Source of the DNA: Promethearchaeota archaeon
Lineage (GTDB): Archaea; Asgardarchaeota; Lokiarchaeia; Sigyniarchaeales; SOKP01
Length of the DNA stretch: 19,433 nucleotides
Assembly: GCA_016839745.1 (NCBI GenBank)
Contig: JAEOTS010000090.1
Coordinates: 1-19,433, forward strand
Reading direction: 5' to 3'
This document shows positions 9,042 to 15,650 of this stretch, in pieces. Below the pieces are notes generated by a model. That model was not told the origin of the DNA and searched no databases. It saw only the letters and a list, made by a program, of their open reading frames with translations. A program made the translations under genes and the position numbers. Position 1 is the first letter of the stretch. Every line of letters begins with the position of its first letter.

Positions 9042-9110
9042 GTTTTAAAACTAAGATCGAAGCCCCTTCAGCTATTATATTAGAAGTATTTAAAAAAACT
9101 ACTTTATTTT

Positions 9111-10178
9111 TTAATTTTCACTATTTCTTTTTTTTGCTTCAACAATTGCTGCTCCCATTTCAAGTACTCTGTTAAACGGCTCTACAGCATCTTCTCTAGG
9201 TCTTAGGCTAATTGCTTCATCTTGGCAGACGCTAGCACATAAACCACATCCAAGGCACAAATCCCGATCCACTATCGCAACATCTTCCATAGTTATAGCC
9301 TTTACTGGACACCTTTCGACACAATTTCCGCAAGCAATACACAATTCTTCATCGATGATTGATTCAAATATAGCATTCATAAATTTTTGCTTATCTTGTC
9401 CAAATTGCGTCATGCCTTTCATGGAGATACAGCAACAAGGACAACAATTACAGATATTAGATAAATGTTTTGAATTTGCTCCGGCGTGAACTAACCCTGA
9501 TTCATCGGTTTCTTTAATGATTTGAATGGCTTCCTCAGCGGTTATTTTTCTTCCCATACCATTTTCGATATAGTATTCAGCCGCAACTCCAAAGCTTAAA
9601 CAAGTTTCCATGGGATGTTCACACCCATCACCTAACAACTGTGCTTCTTTTCGACACACACAGTCAGCTACAGAAATTACTCGTGCGTTCCTTATTGAAT
9701 TTTCAAGCATCTGATAAGGAAAAAGCGTAGTTTCAGTTTGAATAGTTTCTTCTAAGGGAATCACTTTAAAACCGGGAACATTACTCGCGCCTATCTCTTC
9801 AAGACCTGCCTCGTAGTAATAATCTTTAAAAAGTTGAGCTAGTTCTTTATCAATTTTGTTAACTGAGTATTCGTATAAACCTATCATGAAAGGAGCAGAG
9901 TTATAAAGAGTCTTGTTATCTCGCCTTGATCGAAAAATAAGTCCCTTCTTTGCCATTGCTTCAAGTTTGTCTGTAATTTCAGCGACATTCTTACCTGCTC
10001 TTCTCGCAATACTTTGGGCTCTTTCTGGTCTTATAGTTAAGAAAGTAGTCAATTCAGCTTCTTCCTCAGTAAATAGACGCTTTAAAATTTCAATTTCAAC
10101 TCCCGAATCAGTTTTCCGGAAACCAATTGGAAATTGATCTAGAAATTCCCTTAATTTTTCGTACGAATCAACACTCAT
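9111..10178 (-). CDS. Fe-S protein: N-terminal winged-helix-like region, Cys-rich core, C-terminal 2x[4Fe-4S] ferredoxin domain
   Basis: CVCR, ETC, ICNCCPCCC, CIACGNCVERCP, CLGCGLCASVC. The N-terminus YEKLREFLD..PIGF..TDSGVEIEILKRLFTEEEA is typical of an uncharacterised anaerobe family. Confidence 0.88.
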   Translation of the reverse strand: MSVDSYEKLREFLDQFPIGFRKTDSGVEIEILKRLFTEEEAELTTFLTIRPERAQSIARRAGKNVAEITDKLEAMAKKGLIFRSRRDNKTLYNSAPFMIGLYEYSVNKIDKELAQLFKDYYYEAGLEEIGASNVPGFKVIPLEETIQTETTLFPYQMLENSIRNARVISVADCVCRKEAQLLGDGCEHPMETCLSFGVAAEYYIENGMGRKITAEEAIQIIKETDESGLVHAGANSKHLSNICNCCPCCCISMKGMTQFGQDKQKFMNAIFESIIDEELCIACGNCVERCPVKAITMEDVAIVDRDLCLGCGLCASVCQDEAISLRPREDAVEPFNRVLEMGAAIVEAKKRNSEN

Positions 10179-10238
10179 AGTAATATAACTATATTTTTCT
10201 TTTATTATCTAATAATCATTTTAATTTAAAAATAAAGG

Positions 10239-11627
10239 TTAAGTAAATTTCTTAGTTAAAGAGGAGGTGAGTTTACTCAATTCACTAGAAATTTTAAGTT
10301 GAAAAATATGATTTTCTTCTAATTCTTTAAAATTGTTTGGCAACTTTTCAATATTTTTATTATAATATTGCTGGATATTATTCAGATCGGGTAATTCTGT
10401 TATTAATAAACCTTCTTTCATCACAGGAATTAGGAGTGCTTCTGAGTTTAGAGGTGTTGGCTCACTTTCTAACATCAATATGTCTTCTTTAAACTCTCCT
10501 TGCCCGTTATAAAACCTATAGATTTGTTTTTTACCGGGATAGGTTAATTTATCTTCACTTATTTTAATTCTAGGTTTATTGTTATATTCTATTAATTTGT
10601 ATACTCCCGCTATAGCTGGGTCGTCACGAGAGGTAGCTAATTCAGTACCAACTCCAAAAGCATCGATTGGAGCATTGTTATCAAGAAGTTTTCTGATTTT
10701 GTATTCGTTTAAATCAGAACTAGCAACGATCAACACTTTATCACATCCATTCTCATCAAGGATTTTTCTTACTTTTTTTGAATGTTCAACGAGATCACCC
10801 GAGTCAATTCGTACAGCTTTAATAGAGTTTTTGAATTTAGTAATCCTTTTGGCTGCTTGTTCGGTATCATAGGTATCAATTAAGAGGATGGAATTATCTC
10901 CGTAAATATTATTGTAAACTTCGAAACTCTCCATTTCATTATCAAATCTTTGGATAAAACTATGTGCCATTGTCCCGCTTGAATTAATACCCAGTTCAAT
11001 ATCAGCGATTACATTACTCGTACCGTTAAATCCCGCTATATAACTAGCTCTTGCAGCGTAAACGCCAGCAAGTGGGCTGTGCGATCTTCTCGTTCCAAAC
11101 TCTAATAAAGTTTTGTTTTGTGCTACATTTTTTATTCTAGACGCTTTTGATGCTACTAAGGTCTGATAATTAATAACATTTAAAATATAGGTTTCTGCCA
11201 ACTGAGCGTGAAACATTGGACCTTGAATCTTCATTACAGGCTCGTTTGGAAAGAAGAAATTTCCCTCTCTCATTGCCCACATATCCAATTTGAAATTAAA
11301 ATTAGGTAAATAATCGTCAAAAAAACTAGGATCGATTTTTTTAAAAACCTCTTTCTTCGTTAGGAATTCTATTGTTTTTTCAGTAAACCTTGCATTCTGT
11401 AGATAATGAACTACCTGCTCTAAACCGGCAAAAATTAAATAATTACGATTTTTAGGATATTTCCTGATAAAAAAATCAAAAACGGCAATATCATCCTTTT
11501 CTTTAATATTATTATCGAGATTGTACTGATAATACGCTGCGCCCATTGTTAGTTCGTAAAAATCTGTACTCAAGATTAAATTTTCGTCGTTAATGAATCC
11601 CGATTTCGGACTGTTCATTGTCATCAT
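10239..11627 (-). CDS. pncB: Nicotinate phosphoribosyltransferase
   Basis: TDFYELTM, EFGTRR, GTSNV, GTMAHS (phospho-His), LIDTYD, VRIDSGD, FGVGT and VYKL motifs. The start may be any of the first three Met codons. Confidence 0.95.
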   Translation of the reverse strand: MMTMNSPKSGFINDENLILSTDFYELTMGAAYYQYNLDNNIKEKDDIAVFDFFIRKYPKNRNYLIFAGLEQVVHYLQNARFTEKTIEFLTKKEVFKKIDPSFFDDYLPNFNFKLDMWAMREGNFFFPNEPVMKIQGPMFHAQLAETYILNVINYQTLVASKASRIKNVAQNKTLLEFGTRRSHSPLAGVYAARASYIAGFNGTSNVIADIELGINSSGTMAHSFIQRFDNEMESFEVYNNIYGDNSILLIDTYDTEQAAKRITKFKNSIKAVRIDSGDLVEHSKKVRKILDENGCDKVLIVASSDLNEYKIRKLLDNNAPIDAFGVGTELATSRDDPAIAGVYKLIEYNNKPRIKISEDKLTYPGKKQIYRFYNGQGEFKEDILMLESEPTPLNSEALLIPVMKEGLLITELPDLNNIQQYYNKNIEKLPNNFKELEENHIFQLKISSELSKLTSSLTKKFT

Positions 11628-12536
11628 CTAGATTATTTTTTTTTTAAACCCTGTGACCCTTTTCAACATAAATCCTAACATCCTGTCCTTATTTACTCCC
11701 CCATTGCATGCAATCTTATCTCCCAATTTAAACTTATCGCTGGAGTAAAGTTTCTCGCTTACCCTTATAATTAATTTGTCAACATTTTCAATATCTTCTT
11801 TTCTATAATCGCTTTTTTTTTTCAATTGGGGTCCGAATTCAATATATTTTAAGGTTATAAGATAATAAGTAGTTATATTCCCTTGGAAGTCATCCTCTTT
11901 CTCTGCTATGTCTGTTATTTCGGCTTCATAAATAGTGATTCTGTTGTGTCTAGCTAGAGGGGAACTAACAGCGCCTTCATTAATTAAGCTACCATCTTTA
12001 ATAACAATTTTTTCTACTTTTTTTTCAAAATCTTTAGGTAAAGTAGTAGTTTTCCAATCTGATAATTTAAAATAATTTTTCTTTAAAGAATAAATAAATC
12101 CAATCCAAAAATGATTACAAAATCCCATATTTGAGCCTACTCTACAATCGCAATCTCGTTCTGGATCATTGATGTTTTTTGGTGTTATCGATAAATACGA
12201 ACCCGATTTCCAATTAAAACCTTTGAAGTGTAACTCGATTTCATGGTTCTTATCGTTTACGACTTTAATATCTGTAATCGATTCTCGATCTTCACCATTT
12301 ATTTTATTAATTGCGGTATTTATTTCACTCGATATGATCTCTCCTTCTTTCTGTTGTAATAAGTCTGTTAATTCTTCTTCTGCGGAGGAATCAAGAATAA
12401 AATCTATTAGTTCTGATTTTTTAAATTTTGAAAACCCTTTTATTCCAAAATCCCGACATGTCTGTTTCAATTCGTCTAAATTTAGAGATTGGAGTAAATA
12501 TTTCAAATAAGTCTTATCATCAATTTCTCTATTCAT
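11628..12536 (-). CDS. Hypothetical nucleic-acid-binding protein: HeH/Rho_N-like N-terminus, SWIM-type Zn finger, OB-fold-like C-terminus
   Basis: LNLDELKQTCRDFGIKGFSKFKKSELIDFIL (Rho_N/SAP-like); CDCRVGSNMGFCNH (CxC-x8-CxH); beta-rich C-terminus ending KFKLGDKIACNGGV. Its stop abuts the pncB start. Confidence 0.75.
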   Translation of the reverse strand: MNREIDDKTYLKYLLQSLNLDELKQTCRDFGIKGFSKFKKSELIDFILDSSAEEELTDLLQQKEGEIISSEINTAINKINGEDRESITDIKVVNDKNHEIELHFKGFNWKSGSYLSITPKNINDPERDCDCRVGSNMGFCNHFWIGFIYSLKKNYFKLSDWKTTTLPKDFEKKVEKIVIKDGSLINEGAVSSPLARHNRITIYEAEITDIAEKEDDFQGNITTYYLITLKYIEFGPQLKKKSDYRKEDIENVDKLIIRVSEKLYSSDKFKLGDKIACNGGVNKDRMLGFMLKRVTGFKKKII

Positions 12537-12619
12537 ATAATTTCAAGCCCAATAATTCTAAAATGTGAATTCTCCAAGTATAATTTAAATTATTTGCTTA
12601 TATTTATGACTGTTGTAAT

Positions 12620-12633
12620 AAATTGTTCATAAT
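12620..12633 (+). repeat. Left arm (AAATTGTTCATAAT) of 14-bp inverted repeat flanking tetR
   Basis: Exact reverse complement of 13268-13281. Confidence 0.7.
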
Positions 12634-12634
12634 C

Positions 12635-13249
12635 TTAATTTGACATTGTCCCTTTAACAAGAACATCTGTTAAATTTTCAATAAGTTCTTCCTCTTCAAG
12701 TTCAAAATCACTCCGAATCCACCAAATAAAGACTCCAAGTACCGTAGATGTCCAAACTCTAGCTGTTATTTTAGGATTTTGATCACGAGCTCCGAATTCT
12801 ATTAGTCTTGAGATGATTTTTTCTACCTCATTCGTAAAATTGTCAAGAATTTCATTTCTTTTGTTTCTGTATTTTTGATCCATTCCCCCCATTTGCTCAA
12901 AAAAAATTAGAAATGATTCTTTTTTTTCTTTAAACATCTTAGCGTATGCTCGAAAAAGATTCGTGACCGCAGAGATTGGTGGAATTCTGTTTTGTTTGAA
13001 ATAGATAAATAATTCTCTAAATTTGCTTATCATAAGTTCAGCTAATCCACTAATTAATACTTCAATTACGTCCTCTTTTGAATTAAAGTAATTATAGAAG
13101 TTCCCTACACTCGTATTAGCCCGTTTTGTGATATCTTTTATACGAGTATTATTAAATCCTTTTTCTTCAAAAACAGAGAGAGCTGATATTATAAATAAAT
13201 CTCTCTTTTCCTTCTTTATTATTTCAGACTTTTTCTCTCTTAAGCTCAC
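12635..13249 (-). CDS. TetR/AcrR family transcriptional regulator
   Basis: N-terminal HTH ALSVFEEKGFNNTRIKDITKRANTSVGNFYNYFNSKEDV followed by a helical ligand-binding domain; GTG start. Confidence 0.93.
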   Translation of the reverse strand: MSLREKKSEIIKKEKRDLFIISALSVFEEKGFNNTRIKDITKRANTSVGNFYNYFNSKEDVIEVLISGLAELMISKFRELFIYFKQNRIPPISAVTNLFRAYAKMFKEKKESFLIFFEQMGGMDQKYRNKRNEILDNFTNEVEKIISRLIEFGARDQNPKITARVWTSTVLGVFIWWIRSDFELEEEELIENLTDVLVKGTMSN

Positions 13250-13267
13250 TTATGGTCAACTCAAAAA

Positions 13268-13281
13268 ATTATGAACAATTT
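13268..13281 (+). repeat. Right arm (ATTATGAACAATTT) of 14-bp inverted repeat flanking tetR
   Basis: Exact reverse complement of 12620-12633. Confidence 0.7.
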
Positions 13282-13450
13282 GTATTATGTCAAAATTCAA
13301 AAAAATTATTATTACATTTTAAGAAAATATGTTAAAATTTATTACTTTTTAATTTCAATTTTCGATTTATTTATTATAGTTTTGGGGTTTCTTGTATCTA
13401 ATTATATTTAATGATATGTATATCTATTAGAAGTAAGAATTTAACTAAAA

Positions 13451-13467
13451 TTTACCAAGTTGGTAAA
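13451..13467. promoter_or_regulatory. Palindrome TTTACCAA-G-TTGGTAAA, candidate operator
   Basis: Perfect 8-bp arms with a 1-nt centre, in the divergent intergenic region upstream of tetR. Confidence 0.5.
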
Positions 13468-13572
13468 AAAAACTAATATGGGCGGCGGGAAAATGATGGG
13501 GATTTTTGAAAAAGTGTTTTTTTAATATCTTTCCTATATTTTTCGTTGAGTAATAAAGATCAATACAAAATA

Positions 13573-13586
13573 AATGAACGTTCATT
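13573..13586. promoter_or_regulatory. Perfect palindrome AATGAACGTTCATT, candidate TetR operator
   Basis: 14-bp perfect palindrome, extending to 18 bp (13571-13588) with one mismatched pair. It overlaps a second dyad, ATTCA-G-TGAAT (13584-13594). Confidence 0.55.
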
Positions 13587-13638
13587 CAGTGAATAAGGAT
13601 TCGGTAAAAATTAAGAAATTTTAACCGTTGCAAGTGTA

Positions 13639-13654
13639 GGAAAACATTTATATA
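13639..13654 (+). promoter_or_regulatory. Archaeal BRE + TATA promoter (GGAAAACA-TTTATATA) for the small repeat protein
   Basis: Consensus TTTATATA at 13647-13654 preceded by a purine-rich BRE, about 95 bp upstream of ATG 13748. Confidence 0.6.
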
Positions 13655-13747
13655 CTAACCTATCTTTCTTTATTAAAAAAAAAGATCTATTTGATTAACA
13701 TATTATTTGACTAAAAAATTACAAAAAGGAAATAAGTGAACATAAAA

Positions 13748-13957
13748 ATGAGTGACATTACACCAGAATATTTGGATTATTTTGGCGAAATTAAATTCGC
13801 CGAAGAAAAGAGTTTAAGTGCACGCGATTTTGCAAGCTCTTTTATGAAACATTTTTCAAAAGAAGAGAGAATACCAACTGGGAGTTATAAATTCGCCGAA
13901 CTTAACAATCCCCGTATGAAAGATTTCGAGGATTCCTTTAATAGATATTTTGAATAA
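13748..13957 (+). CDS. Small 69-aa protein with internal tandem repeat
   Basis: ATG 13748 (the track starts at GTG 13736). It has its own promoter and a T-rich tail. The repeat KFAE-x5-xxDFxxSFxx[HY]F is preserved in frame at a 96-nt period. Confidence 0.72.
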   Translation: MSDITPEYLDYFGEIKFAEEKSLSARDFASSFMKHFSKEERIPTGSYKFAELNNPRMKDFEDSFNRYFE

Positions 13958-14121
13958 ACTAACAAAAATTTTTTTAAAAATCTCTTTATATTTTAATTTT
14001 TCTTTACAATTTTAAATAATATCATATTTCAATTTCGATTATTTATAGAAGTTTAATTTATATTTGAGGAAAGTCAATAAAAATTAATTTATTCATTAAA
14101 AAATAAAATTGGTAAGTGATA

Positions 14122-14967
14122 ATGGTACTGTTTGATGAAGTTGAGGAGAAGTTTATTGAAACCAATGGAATTAAACTTCATACTATGATAATTGGAGAGG
14201 GTCCACCTTTAATTCTACTTCATGGGTTTCCAGATTTCTGGTATGGATGGAGAAGCGTAATTCCGGACCTTAAAAATGATTATAAACTGATTATCCCTGA
14301 CATGAGGGGATATAACTTATCTGATAAACCTAAAGGCGTAGATAATTATAAAATTGAGATTTTAATGGAAGATATTAAAGGTTTAATAGAATTTTTAGGT
14401 CTTGGGAAGGTTTTTCTTGCCGGACACGATTGGGGAGGCGCAGTGGCATGGGCGTTTGCTGAAAAATATCCTGATTTTTTGCACAAAGTAGCGATATTGA
14501 ACGCTCCTCACCCAAAAATATTTCAAAAAAAATTACGAACAGATAAAAAACAGCAGGAAGCCAGTTATTACATTTTCGAATTTCGTAAACCCGATGGAGA
14601 AAAATTTCTCTTTGAGGATGATTATAAGTGGCTAAAATTCGCTGTTTTTAAAGGAATGAAAAATAAAAGCAATTTAACTGATTTCGATAAGGAGCAGTAT
14701 TTAAGTGCTTGGAAACAACCCGGAGCGATTTTGGGAGGAGTAAATTACTACAGAGCAAGCACTACTTCTAAAGACCTGACTGGGATAATAAAAATTCCAA
14801 CATTAGTGATCCATGGTATGGAAGATGTGGCTGTTTTATCTTCAGTATTGGATGGATTATCCGATTATGTAAACGATTTAAAAATTGTTCGTGCTGAAAA
14901 TTCGTCCCATTGGGTGATGCACGACCAACCAGAACTAGTTGTTTCCTCCTTTAAAGAATTTTTTTAG
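14122..14967 (+). CDS. Alpha/beta hydrolase, epoxide hydrolase subfamily
   Basis: HGFP oxyanion motif, DMRGYNLS, GHDWGG (Asp nucleophile), lid tyrosines (ASYY, NYYR), HGMED and SHW catalytic His. Start ATG 14122 (or GTG 14116). Confidence 0.92.
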   Translation: MVLFDEVEEKFIETNGIKLHTMIIGEGPPLILLHGFPDFWYGWRSVIPDLKNDYKLIIPDMRGYNLSDKPKGVDNYKIEILMEDIKGLIEFLGLGKVFLAGHDWGGAVAWAFAEKYPDFLHKVAILNAPHPKIFQKKLRTDKKQQEASYYIFEFRKPDGEKFLFEDDYKWLKFAVFKGMKNKSNLTDFDKEQYLSAWKQPGAILGGVNYYRASTTSKDLTGIIKIPTLVIHGMEDVAVLSSVLDGLSDYVNDLKIVRAENSSHWVMHDQPELVVSSFKEFF

Positions 14968-14968
14968 C

Positions 14969-15000
14969 TTTTTTTTCCTTTTTTCTTTTATTCTTTTCTT
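14969..15000 (+). terminator. Oligo-T terminator
   Basis: Consecutive T runs in a pyrimidine-rich tract immediately after the hydrolase stop. Confidence 0.6.
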
Positions 15001-15112
15001 AAATCTAATTTTAAATAAAAACATAGACGCTTCTCAACATTTTTCCTCGGATTTTCGACTTAATATTACAAAAAGCATAGATTTATATGTTTACATTTTG
15101 TTGAAAAATCAT

Positions 15113-15128
15113 AAGAAACATTTAACTA
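15113..15128 (+). promoter_or_regulatory. Candidate BRE + TATA (AAGAAACA-TTTAACTA) for the 148-aa gene
   Basis: Same AAACATTTA junction as the 13639 promoter; about 45 bp upstream of ATG 15172. Confidence 0.4.
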
Positions 15129-15171
15129 AAATCCGAAATTATTTTAATCGTTAAAATAAAATTTTGAAACT

Positions 15172-15618
15172 ATGACTGAAAAAGAAGCTTGGGCTTTACA
15201 GCTTGATTGGTTGAATATTGTATCGATTCTACGATTGGATACCATAGACCAAATCCCAGAAATTAAAAGAGATAGGGTTATTAAGAAAATTTCTAAACTT
15301 TATGGGGCAGAATCACTTCTTTCTTTCAAACCGAGTGAATTAGATGAATTAGTAGCAAATGAATTAAGAGAACTAATGAAAAAAGAACTGGTAATGCACG
15401 CTAGGCGAAAAGAGAAACTCGAGAGACAAATGAAAGCTAGGATGTCCCCTTTTAAGAATCAAGGAGTAATGAGGATTGATATGAACGAAATTAAAGACAT
15501 GAATCCTGACGAATTAATGAAATTTTTCTCTAAACAATTAATGGGTAAAAAAGACGATGACGATCAGGACGACGATAACGATAAATATAATGAAGATAAG
15601 AATTCATACTATATTTAA
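15172..15618 (+). CDS. Hypothetical 148-aa helical/coiled-coil protein with acidic tail and C-terminal YYI (HbYX-like)
   Basis: Clean ATG ORF filling the gap between genes; charged helix NELRELMKKELVMHARRKEKLERQMKARM; tail KKDDDDQDDDNDKYNEDKNSYYI*. Confidence 0.85.
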   Translation: MTEKEAWALQLDWLNIVSILRLDTIDQIPEIKRDRVIKKISKLYGAESLLSFKPSELDELVANELRELMKKELVMHARRKEKLERQMKARMSPFKNQGVMRIDMNEIKDMNPDELMKFFSKQLMGKKDDDDQDDDNDKYNEDKNSYYI

Positions 15619-15650
15619 AAGAATTAAACAAAATAAGTAAAAAAAAGTAT

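Noticed and set aside
12620-13281. IS/MITE interpretation of the inverted repeat around tetR
   Set aside because: No transposase and no target-site duplication visible outside the arms; retained only as an inverton/operator hypothesis.
15547-15600. GACGAT-type short tandem repeats
   Set aside because: They simply encode the poly-Asp tail; not a CRISPR or VNTR array.
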